Positions 35,708-45,942 of a stretch of DNA of 59,422 bases are shown piece by piece; positions within the stretch are counted from its first letter, which is position 1; every line of letters starts with the position of its first letter. The DNA lies in the IMG/VR virus record IMGVR_UViG_3300043442_000932, positions 1-59,422 of that record; one strand, written 5' to 3'. Position numbers and translations under genes: made by a program. Under the pieces are notes generated by a model. It was given only the letters and a program-made list of their open reading frames with translations. It was not told where the DNA came from and ran no database searches. Source of the DNA: a virus (Duplodnaviria > Caudoviricetes).

Positions 35708-36568
35708 ATGGGCAAAGTCGCATGGGATTACGTAGTCAAGGTCACGATGCCGGAGGACCTCAAGGGTCACAAGCCAGGCAGGCTTCCTGAGGCGCTGCTG
35801 AAGCCGGCGGCAGGCGGAGGCAAGCTTCACTGGCGCGCAGCGAATGCGTGGGGCGCGATGGTCGCGAAGGCTAAGGCCGACGGTATCGAGCTCAAGCCGG
35901 TCTCGTCTGGCGACACCTACCGCTCGTACGACTCACAGCTCAAGGTCTTCCTCGAGCGCTACACAAAAGAGCCGAACGGCAACAGCACTCGTACGTTTGA
36001 AGGCGTCAAGTGGTACAAGAAGAACGAGAAGCTCGCCAGCCTCGCTGCTCCAGGATCTTCACAGCACAACCTCGGAATCGCCGTTGACGTTCACACCGCT
36101 AGCGGTGCGCGTCTTGAGTGGCTGATCGACAACGTCAAGGACTTCGGTTTCTCGTGGGAAGTTGTCCCAGAAGAGCCGTGGCACCTCCGCTACGTCGCAG
36201 GCGACGTTGTTCCAGCAGCAGTCTCGGCTTGGATCGCCGCCGGCAACGGCTACGCGAAGCCAGACGTCGCGGCCGCTCCAGCAGCCGAAGAGAAAGAAGA
36301 CAAGCCAGCACCGGCTCCTAAAGCTGAAAAGCCAGCCGCCGCGCCCGCGCCGACAGGTGACGGAGCGCTCGACGTTGGCGACAGTGGTCCTCGTGTCAAG
36401 GCTCTGCAAGAAGCGCTGAAGAAGCAAGGCTTCTACCCGAAGAACCCGGACGGTAAGTTTGATCAGGCAACAGCGAACGCAGTGAAGATGCTGAAAGGCA
36501 AGCACGGACTGAACGCTAAAGAGACCAAGGCCGGCGCCAAGGTCCTTGACATTCTCGGACTGAAGTAA
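35708..36568 (+). CDS. endolysin: M15 (VanY-like) peptidase + peptidoglycan-binding domain
   Basis: YRSY..Q, A.PGSSQHNLG.AVD, EPWH; C-terminal GDSGPRVKALQEAL...DGKFD..T. Confidence 0.9.
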   Translation: MGKVAWDYVVKVTMPEDLKGHKPGRLPEALLKPAAGGGKLHWRAANAWGAMVAKAKADGIELKPVSSGDTYRSYDSQLKVFLERYTKEPNGNSTRTFEGVKWYKKNEKLASLAAPGSSQHNLGIAVDVHTASGARLEWLIDNVKDFGFSWEVVPEEPWHLRYVAGDVVPAAVSAWIAAGNGYAKPDVAAAPAAEEKEDKPAPAPKAEKPAAAPAPTGDGALDVGDSGPRVKALQEALKKQGFYPKNPDGKFDQATANAVKMLKGKHGLNAKETKAGAKVLDILGLK

Positions 36569-36573
36569 GTCTA

Positions 36574-36858
36574 ATGAACGAGGTGCTCGTCGCGCTCATT
36601 GGTCTTGTCGGCGTCTTAGGCGTCGGCTACATGGAGCACGGACGCAGGACAAATAACCGCCGCTGGCATAAGAACAGCGAAGATCACAACTTTGTCGTCG
36701 ACAAGATTGACCAGCTCGGCAAGTCTCTCGGCCGTTCAATCGACAGAGTTGAAGAGACCGCGGTTCGTACAGAAGGCAAGTTAGACCAGCACATCAACGA
36801 TCACATGACAGGAAAGCTCAGTGGGCAAGAAAAAGTCCGGCGGCGGAAGCTCGGGTAA
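36574..36858 (+). CDS. membrane protein with coiled coil (lysis-cassette associated)
   Basis: N-terminal TM; KLDQHINDH. Confidence 0.72.
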   Translation: MNEVLVALIGLVGVLGVGYMEHGRRTNNRRWHKNSEDHNFVVDKIDQLGKSLGRSIDRVEETAVRTEGKLDQHINDHMTGKLSGQEKVRRRKLG

Positions 36859-37033
36859 GTCGGCGCAACAGCGCCGCCGCGTGCACCCAAAGACCGGTGC
36901 CGTTGAGATGGTTCCAGGCACAAAAGCCGGTAAGAGGCGTCAGCGTCTTCCGTACGGTCATGAGCTGCGCACTCACGATCTGCACGGTCCTGTCGGCGTA
37001 AAGAAAAAGCGACCGACCAAAGCTTCTAAGTAA
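36821..37033 (+). CDS. small basic protein
   Basis: 70 aa K/R/G-rich. Confidence 0.55.
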   Translation: MGKKKSGGGSSGKSAQQRRRVHPKTGAVEMVPGTKAGKRRQRLPYGHELRTHDLHGPVGVKKKRPTKASK

Positions 37034-37715
37034 GCCACTCGTTTCTAATCCGTCTATCTATCTGCCACTTCATGCTATTCTGCTCGTCGATGGGCAGTTC
37101 TTCTTTCGCGTGAAAGTAGCCGTGATTCTCGCCTATCGTGAAGTTGTCTCTTTTGTAGAACTCTGGGCTTGAGTCTCTTGTCGTCCCGTGTGAGTAGAAG
37201 TTCATCTTGATTCCAGGTCTTTTGATCAAGGTCGCGAATCCCATTCGCGTAATCCTGCGCGTGTAGTCCGTGTCCTCGTAGTACGCAGGATAGAAGTTTT
37301 CGTCGAATAGCCCGACCAGTCTCACGATGTCGCGCCCGAGTGAGAACGTCGCGTACGGCTCTGGGTCAGTCACGACCATGTGACACTCAGAGCTCTCGTC
37401 GATCAGCCGCGTCAGCTCTCCTGGAATCCACCCGTTGTCATGAGACCCGAAGATCACGAACGGTTCATGAGGATACAGCTTGATCCCTAGGTTCCAAGAC
37501 CCTGCTACCCCTAAGTTTGACGGCAGGTTCAGGATCTTCAGTTCATAACTGCGGCTGAAGTTTTCAACTAGATCTGTATAATGACCGCCGTTGTCTACGA
37601 TCAAGATCTCTTTGATCCTGTCGTCGTCCACCGACGCCAGCGTTCTGTCAAGCAGGTCGTAGCCGTTCAGCACCGGTATGACCATTACTACCCGACCGTC
37701 TCTCCCGTACGACAT
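37026..37715 (-). CDS. glycosyltransferase family 2
   Basis: VIPVLN..DLL.R.L.SV, IVDNG, NLGVAGSWNLG, VGLFDENFYPAYYEDTDY..R. Confidence 0.88.
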   Translation of the reverse strand: MSYGRDGRVVMVIPVLNGYDLLDRTLASVDDDRIKEILIVDNGGHYTDLVENFSRSYELKILNLPSNLGVAGSWNLGIKLYPHEPFVIFGSHDNGWIPGELTRLIDESSECHMVVTDPEPYATFSLGRDIVRLVGLFDENFYPAYYEDTDYTRRITRMGFATLIKRPGIKMNFYSHGTTRDSSPEFYKRDNFTIGENHGYFHAKEELPIDEQNSMKWQIDRRIRNEWLT

Positions 37716-38320
37716 CAGTCTTTTTTCTTCTTGCAACCTTTCATCTCTGGCTTCCAGGTGCATGGATCCCACGGGCCGAAGCCCGCGATGTCATAGAGGT
37801 ACTTCCCCGCTCTGAGGTTCGTGATCGGGTCAAGAAGCGTCTCTTGGTCGCAGATTCCCATGTTGCGGCAGATGCTTCCAGAATACTGCGGGTGGTCTTT
37901 CTTCCAGTGAGTTCCGTTGATCTGGAGCAGCCCTGTGTCCGATCTATGGTTCCACTCGGAGACCCGAGTGATACGGCAGTTCTTGTCAACAACGTCGCCT
38001 CCCCTGCGGTTCGGGCAGCCGCCCGACTCGCGGAGGATGATCTCGCCGAGCTTGTCCCAGGTCTCTTCTGGCCAGCCCGCCTCGGCGGCCAGCTTCGGCA
38101 GCCACGAGATGTCACCGTGCCGAAACACGATTCCGCGGTTCTTTTCCTTCTCCATCAACCTTTCCAGGTGGTCAGCTGCGACTTGGACTGGAACAGTCCC
38201 GGCCCGGGTAGCGACGACCTCAACGGCAGGTTTCGTAGTGTCTACACTCTCGGCCTTCAAGTTGAAGGCCCCGCTAAGGCTACTAACAGACAATAGGAAT
38301 ATCGTCAGTAGTTTTGTCAA
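37715..38320 (-). CDS. secreted lytic transglycosylase (SLT-like)
   Basis: Signal peptide; catalytic RESGG; DTGLLQIN; LLDP.TNLRA...Y...G..PW. Confidence 0.85.
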   Translation of the reverse strand: MTKLLTIFLLSVSSLSGAFNLKAESVDTTKPAVEVVATRAGTVPVQVAADHLERLMEKEKNRGIVFRHGDISWLPKLAAEAGWPEETWDKLGEIILRESGGCPNRRGGDVVDKNCRITRVSEWNHRSDTGLLQINGTHWKKDHPQYSGSICRNMGICDQETLLDPITNLRAGKYLYDIAGFGPWDPCTWKPEMKGCKKKKD

Positions 38321-38490
38321 GCTTTGAGTCCTCTCGCTAGGGGGTAGGGACTTGTCTTTAGCGTTGGGTCTATCCTACCAGGCGAGAGTCCGAAGTTACA
38401 CTTTGATTACTGATAGATCTAGTTCAGAGTGTCTTGGTGCAGTTTATGGACTACAATGGTGGCAGTTGTCTGTTTGGAGGTCTCTCGGAG

Positions 38491-38838
38491 ATGCTTGCAG
38501 GAGTTCTGCACTTGAAGATGGAGCAGGGTGCTACGTTCACCCAGCGCCTTACCTGGAAGATCGACGGATCTCCTGTCGATCTAACGTCTTATTCTGCACG
38601 GATGAAGGTTCGTCGCATGGTCCAAGAACCTGCGATCTTGTCGTTGACAGCATCGACAGGCGGTGGCATCGTGCTCGGCGGAGTCAACGGAACGATTGAC
38701 ATTACCGTGTCGGCGACGCAGACCGCGCTACTAAACGCGGGCAAGTACATGTACGACCTCGAGCTTGTCACGGCGGGCGGAGTTGTAACTCGTCTCGTCA
38801 AAGGAAGGCTCACAATTGACGCAGAGATCACGTACTGA
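38491..38838 (+). CDS. virion structural protein (BppU-N-like Ig fold)
   Basis: EQGATF...W...[13 protein letters not shown]...YDLEL...V.RL..G. Confidence 0.72.
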   Translation: MLAGVLHLKMEQGATFTQRLTWKIDGSPVDLTSYSARMKVRRMVQEPAILSLTASTGGGIVLGGVNGTIDITVSATQTALLNAGKYMYDLELVTAGGVVTRLVKGRLTIDAEITY

Positions 38839-40433
38839 TGGATGACCTTGCTAGCAGCGTAGTCTACGTTGATGTCTCGAAGACAACTGTAGAGGTCACC
38901 GAGACCGAAGCGATCATCGAGGTCATCAACGAAAAGACAGAGGTCATCATCTCTGGTGATCAAGGTCCTCAAGGCATTCAAGGACCGACCGGACCGACTG
39001 GTCCAACTGGACCCATTGGCCCAACCGGCGCAGCGTCAACAGTCACAGGTCCAACCGGCGCGATCGGCGCGACAGGTCCGCTTGGCCCAACAGGCGCAAC
39101 AGGCCCGACCGGACCCACCGGCGAGATCGGACCCACAGGTCCAACAGGTCCACAAGGTGAGATAGGACTCACAGGCGCAACCGGTCCAACTGGCGCAGAC
39201 TCAACAGTTCCAGGTCCAACAGGCCCGACCGGACCAAGCGGTGCCGTAGGTGCGCAAGGTTCGACAGGACCAACCGGTCCAACCGGCGTGACGGGTCCAG
39301 CAGGTGACACAGGCGCGACAGGACCTATTGGCCCGACAGGTGCGACAGGCACAGGCATCACAGTTTTGGACTATCACGATACGTATGCCGAGTTTATCGC
39401 CGAGCATCCGACTGGAGATCCAGGTGACGCTCACATTGTCGGCGGCGATCTTTACGTGTGGAGTTCGACGTCTTCTTCTTGGAATAACGCAGGCAACTTG
39501 CTGGGTCCTATGGGTCCTACAGGTGCTACAGGTCCGCTCGGCTCCGCCGGGCCCACTGGACCAACTGGACCGACTGGAGCAACTGGTCCAGCAGGTTCCG
39601 ACTCTACAGTGCAAGGTCCAACTGGACCGACCGGTCCTACAGGCGCAACAGGCGCTGCTTCAACAGTTACTGGTCCGACAGGATCAGTAGGTCCGACAGG
39701 TCCGACCGGACCAACAGGACCGATAGGTCCGCCTGCTACAACAACAGCGACGTCTCTTGTCCGGCACCTCGTGCGAAATGGAATAGCGTCGACGATAGCG
39801 GCAGGAAAAGCGGTCTACGTAATCGGATCAACAGGTCTCGCAGGAACAAATATGCTTGTCGGACTTGCTGACTACAGCACAGAAGCGACGTCTTCAAAGA
39901 CTCTTGGCGTGATGGCAGAGTCAATTGATCCAAACAATGCAGGATATGTCGTCACTGAAGGTCTTGTTGAAGGACTTGACACTTCTGCTGCCAACGCCGC
40001 TGGAGATCCAATTTGGCTCGGTGATGATGGAAATCTGATTTTTGGTCTCGCAAACAAACCAGTCGCGCCTAATCATCTTGTATTTATCGGTATTGTTACT
40101 CGAAAGCAGCAGAACAACGGAGAGATCTTTGTCAGGCCACAGAATGGCTTTGAAGTGCAAGAACTTCACAACGTCTTGATCAATGGTTTACAAGACAAGC
40201 AACTGTTGGTATATGAAACTGCTACAAGTCTTTGGAAGAACAAAAATGCCATTGCCGTAACTGGCATTGCCTATAAATCTGGGTATCCAGCATCAAAGAC
40301 TTCAACAGGCACACTTGGTGAAATATGTATTGACGATGCCAGTGGAACTTTGTACATTTGCACAGCAACTAACACCTGGCAGAAGGTTTCGTTGAACTCG
40401 GCCAACTTTACAAACGCCGGCGGATTTGCCTAA
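38838..40433 (+). CDS. collagen-like fibre protein
   Basis: Extensive GPT/GAT Gly-X-Y repeats; HPTGDPGDA module; C-terminal fibre domain. Confidence 0.88.
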   Translation: MDDLASSVVYVDVSKTTVEVTETEAIIEVINEKTEVIISGDQGPQGIQGPTGPTGPTGPIGPTGAASTVTGPTGAIGATGPLGPTGATGPTGPTGEIGPTGPTGPQGEIGLTGATGPTGADSTVPGPTGPTGPSGAVGAQGSTGPTGPTGVTGPAGDTGATGPIGPTGATGTGITVLDYHDTYAEFIAEHPTGDPGDAHIVGGDLYVWSSTSSSWNNAGNLLGPMGPTGATGPLGSAGPTGPTGPTGATGPAGSDSTVQGPTGPTGPTGATGAASTVTGPTGSVGPTGPTGPTGPIGPPATTTATSLVRHLVRNGIASTIAAGKAVYVIGSTGLAGTNMLVGLADYSTEATSSKTLGVMAESIDPNNAGYVVTEGLVEGLDTSAANAAGDPIWLGDDGNLIFGLANKPVAPNHLVFIGIVTRKQQNNGEIFVRPQNGFEVQELHNVLINGLQDKQLLVYETATSLWKNKNAIAVTGIAYKSGYPASKTSTGTLGEICIDDASGTLYICTATNTWQKVSLNSANFTNAGGFA

Positions 40434-40540
40434 AAAGTCCATACTGGACAACGGTTTCCTGTGTACACGCCTAAACTTAGGTGTGTTAGAGTGTAGCCAA
40501 CGAGTTTTGTACAAGATTGTCCCGGAAAGCCTTACTGGAT
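40434..40540. promoter_or_regulatory. palindrome cluster, candidate res-like site of the serine recombinase
   Basis: GTCCA-TAC-TGGAC, GTGTACAC, ACACGCCTAA-AC-TTAGGTGTGT, TTGTACAA directly upstream of the recombinase. Confidence 0.4.
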
Positions 40541-41239
40541 ATGGAAACTAGCAAGTCATCAAAGAAAGTCGCGTTACTGTATACAAGAGTGTCCACTTCT
40601 ATGCAAGTAAACGACGGAATGTCTCTTGCCGTGCAGGAGCGAGCTCTCAAGAAGGCTGCTAGCGACATCGGGTACAAGAAGACAGAGCTTCTCAGGGAAG
40701 AGGGCAGATCTGGTAAAAGTATCAAAGGCCGTCCAGTTCTCTCGTCTGCTCTCGAGCGCTTAGACCGCGGCGAGGCAGAAGCGCTGATCGTCACAAGGGT
40801 CGACCGACTTGCCAGGTCTACTCAAGACTTCCTGTCGATCATCGACCGAGCGAATAAGAACAACTGGCGCGTGGTCATGCTCGACCTCAACCTCGACACC
40901 TCTACGTACCAAGGACGGTTTGTTGTCACAATCATGTCAGCTCTTGCAGAGATGGAGCGAGCGATTATCGCCGAGCGGCAGAAAGATGTCCATAAAGATC
41001 GCCGAGCTAACGGAGTTGTCTGGGGCAAGGACAAAGGTCCTAAGACAAAGATCCCTGCCGAAGTCCTCAACGTGATGACACAGTGGCGAGCTTCTGGGAT
41101 CAGCTACTCAGAGATCGCGCGAAAGCTCAACGAGCTTGAGGTCTCAACTAGCAACGGCGGAAAGAAGTGGTATGCGTCTAGCGTGTCTCACGTACTTCTC
41201 AAAGGAAAGCACAACAAAGTAGTTGAGCCGGGACCCTGA
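40541..41239 (+). CDS. serine recombinase (resolvase/invertase family)
   Basis: YTRVST (catalytic Ser), SG...RP.L, VTRVDRLARS, AEMER..I.ER, C-terminal HTH. Confidence 0.93.
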   Translation: METSKSSKKVALLYTRVSTSMQVNDGMSLAVQERALKKAASDIGYKKTELLREEGRSGKSIKGRPVLSSALERLDRGEAEALIVTRVDRLARSTQDFLSIIDRANKNNWRVVMLDLNLDTSTYQGRFVVTIMSALAEMERAIIAERQKDVHKDRRANGVVWGKDKGPKTKIPAEVLNVMTQWRASGISYSEIARKLNELEVSTSNGGKKWYASSVSHVLLKGKHNKVVEPGP

Positions 41240-41271
41240 GTCTCTCGTCTCAGAATCCCGGCTCGTTTTTT
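41225..41271 (+). terminator. intrinsic terminator
   Basis: GAGCCGGGA...TCCCGGCTC followed by GTTTTTT. Confidence 0.7.
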
Positions 41272-41301
41272 CAGCGCCCGTCTCTCCCCGAGCGAAGAAA
41301 C

Positions 41302-43989
41302 TTATCTAGCGAATCTTGTAGCGATTCCCCAGTCAACCTCACCTTGCGGCACCACTCTCGGCATCAGCAAACGGCCCATCAACTGCGCGCGTGATCCGTG
41401 GCCTTCAACGGCGATGCCTCTGTCTTGCAACTTGCGCTGAAATGCGATCTGTGTCATTGGCTTCTCGCCTCGTTCTTCTGACCAGATACGGTAGACCGCG
41501 TACAGTGACTTTACAGGTGTAGCCGCGCCTTCTGACTCTTTGGTCTCTTCGTTCAAGAAGAATCCGATGCGGTCTTCGTTCTTACGGTAGATCTCAGCAG
41601 CGTCGCTGACTGCGGTGCACCAGCCAAGAGCATCGCGTGCGCTCGAACTAAGAAGCTTGATCGCGCCTTCGACTGCCCACGACAGCACCGCCGGCAGTGC
41701 GCCTTCTGGATCAAAGATGTAGTGCTTGAGGTCTGGGTCTGGATTTTCTGGAATGTTTGTGAGCGGTATCGGACGAAGTCGGCGCCACATCGCGTCGTCG
41801 CTGATGATCGGCCTGTGGTTTGTGGTGACCCACAGCTTCGCCTGTGACTGGAACGTAAACGGCTTTTCACCTGGCGAACGCGCTGAGATCTCAGAAGAGC
41901 CTGTCAGTTTCTTGACCGAGTTCTCTTTCATGCGCTCTGACTCTGGCAACTCGTCGACCCACACCATACGGCGCCCGCGAAGCTCTGCCCAGTGATACAG
42001 GTCCGCACCGTGCGCTTGTCCGTCGCCTTGAGCAAGAATGCTTGAGTCTAACGGCCACGCGTACTGCGCCGTGCCGAGCGCTTTGACCAGCGCTTCAACC
42101 ATCGTGTTCTTACCTGATCCTGGAGGACCGTAGACTAGGAACATGACATCGTATGTTCGTAGTCCAGTAAGCGAGTATCCAGCCGCTCGTTGCAACCATT
42201 CCTGAAGCTCTTTGTCGCCACCAGTCGCGAAGTCAATGAACTGTTCCCAGCGGATATTGCGTATTCCAGGATTGTACGCGACCGGCGCGCGGCGAGTGAT
42301 GTAGAGATCCGGGCGTCCTTTCAAGAGCTCACCGGTGCGGAGATTGATCACTCCGTTGGCTACGCCAAGAAGAGTCTCGTCAGAGTCCCAGTTGTTGACG
42401 CCAACCAAGATTCGCGGGTCCGAAGTGGCGCTCTCGATGCAAGACGTTATGCGCGAGTTTGACTTCGCCTGCTGCGCCCACTTGATTACCTCTGACTGCT
42501 TGTCTGCGTCGTCGAGATAGTGGACAACCTCGCTTGCGACAATAGGCGCGATCTTCTTTGCAAGTTCTTGCATCTCAAGGCTCTCGACGTCTGGCTTCCA
42601 GTATCCGCCGTCCCAGTGAAACCAGCCTAGACCTGGAGTGTATCTGACCGCGGCGCCAAACGAGTCGACGAGTCGACGACCGTTGCCGGTGTCGGTGAGC
42701 GTTCGCTTGCCAGGTTCGCCGCCTTCTTCTTCGCTGATCGCGTCTGGGTCTTGCGGTACGTCGATGTTCGTCAGGCTTGTCGCCTTTGCAAGTGAGTCAC
42801 CGTCTTGTAATGCCGCGGACACTGTCCCGCCGATCGTGCCAGGCAAGTAAGTTGTGTCCGACTGAGTAGGAGGCCGTGCGACGATTGACGTCGTTGTCAT
42901 GCCTGACTTAGCTCGCGTTTCTTCCTGCGACTTGATCGCCCAGTCTTGCAGACCTGGCCACAGCTTCTCTGTCTTTGGGTTGTCAACAACGAACTGGATA
43001 GCGCGACGAACATGCATCAACAGTCCGCCCTGTCCTTCGAGCTCGAGCGGTGGACGTACTTTCTCGGCGTTGAAGCGAATCATCATTGTCTCAACTGCTA
43101 GGCGACCTGCCTCGGTGTTCACAGGAAACTTGTTAGCGAGAGCGCACGCGAGTGCGTAGATGTCAACGGCGCGAGAGCCTTCGTCGATGCCTTCAGTAAG
43201 AAGCCTGTCAACGTCGACTCTCTCGCCAGAGAAGTCTGCGTCTTCGAGCCAAGTCCAATCGCCTTCGCCCAGTTTGGATGTAGCTCGCTTTCCGCGCTTT
43301 CTTAGCGCCGACAGCAGCTCTTCTGGTGCCTGCGCGACTGGGATCTCCCAAGGCGCTTTGCCTTGCACCCACTCGTAGCACACGCCAGAGAAATGTCGTG
43401 ACGGCGCGATAAGCACGTAACCGTTGTGCTTGATGTCGATGCCGTTTAGACCAGACTTCTTGAGATTGCCAACTAGCGACTCTGATTCGTCGCACTTGTA
43501 GAAAAGATGTCTGCCTCGAATAATCTTGCCGTTCGCGGTGTACGAGCCAGTGATCGCCTCAACTGTTGGCGGAAGCGCACCTTCTACAAGAGACTCAAAC
43601 TTTTCAAACGAGTCAGGCCCACCCGCTCTCGGATCGATGTCGATGACAAAGAATCCGCTCGGTCGGCAGTACACGCTGACGTTGCTGTCTTGGTCTTGTG
43701 TCCACCACGTTTTGACTGCGTCGATGTTCGCAGTCGCCTGCACGTTCCACTCGCTTACGCGAGGATGCTTGCCTACGTCTTTCGGCTCGGGGTGCGATCC
43801 GCCGCACGTGCAGCGTCCGCCGACAATGCCGTAGCAAGGCATGACGAACCAGCCCTGCTGTGCGTACCATTCGGCAGCTGAACCCAGTCTACCAGTTGCT
43901 GATTCCCATGTTGTCATTGAAGCGAGAGATCTTCTTTCGGTTGAGAGATGTGCGAAGCTTCTGGCCGCGCTATTTGTTGTGTAGGTCAT
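41302..43989 (-). CDS. DNA primase-polymerase (bifunctional Prim-Pol) fused to D5/P4-type SF3 helicase
   Basis: KHP, VIDID, GRHLFY, GIDIK..GYV..APSRH; TDTGNG.R; Walker A GPPGSGKNT; KKLTG, TNHRP, WRR; alternative start 43917. Confidence 0.93.
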   Translation of the reverse strand: MTYTTNSAARSFAHLSTERRSLASMTTWESATGRLGSAAEWYAQQGWFVMPCYGIVGGRCTCGGSHPEPKDVGKHPRVSEWNVQATANIDAVKTWWTQDQDSNVSVYCRPSGFFVIDIDPRAGGPDSFEKFESLVEGALPPTVEAITGSYTANGKIIRGRHLFYKCDESESLVGNLKKSGLNGIDIKHNGYVLIAPSRHFSGVCYEWVQGKAPWEIPVAQAPEELLSALRKRGKRATSKLGEGDWTWLEDADFSGERVDVDRLLTEGIDEGSRAVDIYALACALANKFPVNTEAGRLAVETMMIRFNAEKVRPPLELEGQGGLLMHVRRAIQFVVDNPKTEKLWPGLQDWAIKSQEETRAKSGMTTTSIVARPPTQSDTTYLPGTIGGTVSAALQDGDSLAKATSLTNIDVPQDPDAISEEEGGEPGKRTLTDTGNGRRLVDSFGAAVRYTPGLGWFHWDGGYWKPDVESLEMQELAKKIAPIVASEVVHYLDDADKQSEVIKWAQQAKSNSRITSCIESATSDPRILVGVNNWDSDETLLGVANGVINLRTGELLKGRPDLYITRRAPVAYNPGIRNIRWEQFIDFATGGDKELQEWLQRAAGYSLTGLRTYDVMFLVYGPPGSGKNTMVEALVKALGTAQYAWPLDSSILAQGDGQAHGADLYHWAELRGRRMVWVDELPESERMKENSVKKLTGSSEISARSPGEKPFTFQSQAKLWVTTNHRPIISDDAMWRRLRPIPLTNIPENPDPDLKHYIFDPEGALPAVLSWAVEGAIKLLSSSARDALGWCTAVSDAAEIYRKNEDRIGFFLNEETKESEGAATPVKSLYAVYRIWSEERGEKPMTQIAFQRKLQDRGIAVEGHGSRAQLMGRLLMPRVVPQGEVDWGIATRFAR

Positions 43990-44146
43990 TCATAATACAC
44001 CAAGCTTCGCGTTGAAGCGTGAATGTGGACAAAAAAGAAGACATAGATGAGCTTACAAAGAATTTGTTGATAGTTCACACGCGATGACAATGAGTATGAT
44101 ATAGTGACTAATGACAAACACCGGCCAAATCATGGGAGGTACGGTT

Positions 44147-44386
44147 ATGGGCGATCTTCTCAAGGAGATCCAAGAAACGGAGATTCACCCTGGAAACAGG
44201 TCACGAATCGCCGAGATACTAGAGGCACTCGAGCCGTCAGACAGAAAAGATCTGCTGGCAGCGCTCGACGACCACGCGATCTCGGCTTCGCGAATCTCAA
44301 AGGCAATGGCGCGCAGAGGACATAAGCTCGCCTCGTCAGTCATTTCGAGGTATCGTCGAGGAGAACTCTCGACGAAGATCAAATGA
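44147..44386 (+). CDS. small HTH-like protein
   Basis: ALDD..ISASRISKAM..RG......ISRYRRG; RBS GGAGG. Confidence 0.65.
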   Translation: MGDLLKEIQETEIHPGNRSRIAEILEALEPSDRKDLLAALDDHAISASRISKAMARRGHKLASSVISRYRRGELSTKIK

Positions 44387-45399
44387 GTCTTGAGGATGAG
44401 ATCAAGCTCGAGGAAGAGATAGCAGATCTCCGAAGAGCTCTAAAGACCGCCCAGGCTTCTGAATACAAGGCCAAGCGCAAGAACGAAGAACTTGTAGAAG
44501 CAGTCTATAAGGCAGCGTACGATGCAGGCATCGCCGCCGGCCGAGGGATCCCAGACAAGCAAAAGCCACCAGCTAAAGATCCTCGCAAAGGCAAAGGCGA
44601 GGTTGCAGTAGTTCACGCCACCGACTGGCAGCTTGGAAAGAAGACCGTCTCGTACGGCATGACTACCTGCGCCGCTCGTATGGATCAAATGATCGTGAAG
44701 GTCAACGAACTTTCGACGATCCAGCAGAGCCATCACCCGGTCAGAGAGCTATGTCTTCTTTTCGGCGGAGACATGGTCGAAGGCATCACGATCTTTCCCG
44801 GGCAAGCCTGGGAAGTAGAGGCGCATCTGTTCGAGCAGCTCTTCGAAGCCGCGCGGATCATGGAAAAGATGGTCCGCTCGTTTTCATCGACTTTCGAGAA
44901 GGTCTCGATCGTCTGCGAGTTCGGCAACCACGGTCGTCTCGGTCGTAAGGGAGAACTTCCGTCAGGTGACAACATCGACGCGATGGCGTACCGGATCTGT
45001 CAAGACAGAACAAAAGATCTGAAGAACGTCACGTGGCAGATGTCAGGTGACTGGTATCAAATCGTCACTATCGGCAACTACAAAGCGTTGCTGGTGCACG
45101 GCGACGAGATCAAGAGCTTCGGCGGCAACACGCCGGCGTTCGGTATTCTCCGCAAGGCGAATGCCTGGGCGACAGGAGTGGTCGAAGACTTCCAAGACGT
45201 CTACATGGGTCACTGGCACACGCCGATGGCGCTGACGATGGCGAACGGCGGTCGAGTGTTCGTGACTGGCTCTCCTGAGTCCGGCAACGAGTACGCTCGA
45301 GAGTTCGTCGCCGCGATCGGCAGACCGTCGCAACGTATTCACTTCGTCGATCCAGACAAAGGTCGAGTGACGGCAGAATACGTCATCTGGCTCGACTGA
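44383..45399 (+). CDS. calcineurin-like metallophosphoesterase
   Basis: TDWQLGK, GGDMVEG, GNHGR, HGD, GHWH. Confidence 0.88.
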   Translation: MSLEDEIKLEEEIADLRRALKTAQASEYKAKRKNEELVEAVYKAAYDAGIAAGRGIPDKQKPPAKDPRKGKGEVAVVHATDWQLGKKTVSYGMTTCAARMDQMIVKVNELSTIQQSHHPVRELCLLFGGDMVEGITIFPGQAWEVEAHLFEQLFEAARIMEKMVRSFSSTFEKVSIVCEFGNHGRLGRKGELPSGDNIDAMAYRICQDRTKDLKNVTWQMSGDWYQIVTIGNYKALLVHGDEIKSFGGNTPAFGILRKANAWATGVVEDFQDVYMGHWHTPMALTMANGGRVFVTGSPESGNEYAREFVAAIGRPSQRIHFVDPDKGRVTAEYVIWLD

Positions 45400-45480
45400 G
45401 TGGTCACACTCTCAATGCGTTGATACAATTTGGCTATCCCGCCGTGCCCCCGGTAGGACATGACTGTATTGGAGTCGTGA

Positions 45481-45864
45481 ATGGCCAAGTCTCGTCGCAT
45501 CTTGAAGGACTCCCACAAGAGCAAAGTGCTCGAGACCGCACAGCTTGTTGTCACCGCGCAGATGGCAGATCAGCAACACACCGATCTCTCAAGAGTCGGC
45601 GTTGTGTGGTCTGGAATCTTGGACCTAGAAGGACCGATCCCGCCGTCTGAAGTAGCGGCGATGCTCAGTGCCTACGACCTAGTGAGAGCGACGACTTTGG
45701 TCGACGCTCATGAGCACTGGGTCAGCGCCGCGGCGTACGCGGCTATAGCTGACGCTACAGAACCAGTTCAACCGAAAGAACTAACAGTTCTAGAAGATGA
45801 AAAGCCTAAGAGTTCTGAGTCCGCGACCATTGGATTTGTGGCTTCCCGTAGGAATGAGGAGTAG
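45481..45864 (+). CDS. divergent DUF6378-like protein
   Basis: VLETA..V...WSGIL...I.P.EVA.ML...R.....H..WV..A.YAA pattern. Confidence 0.55.
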   Translation: MAKSRRILKDSHKSKVLETAQLVVTAQMADQQHTDLSRVGVVWSGILDLEGPIPPSEVAAMLSAYDLVRATTLVDAHEHWVSAAAYAAIADATEPVQPKELTVLEDEKPKSSESATIGFVASRRNEE

Positions 45865-45942
45865 TCTACCGTTGGTATTATTCTCCAGTAGTTTTAGCAT
45901 TGTTGCACCCTGCGAGCAATGCAGGACAAGGTGGATTCGTCG

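Noticed and set aside
40541-41239. Gin-like invertible tail-fibre switch
   Set aside because: No inverted fibre cassettes or inverted crossover repeats found; all fibre genes are on the + strand
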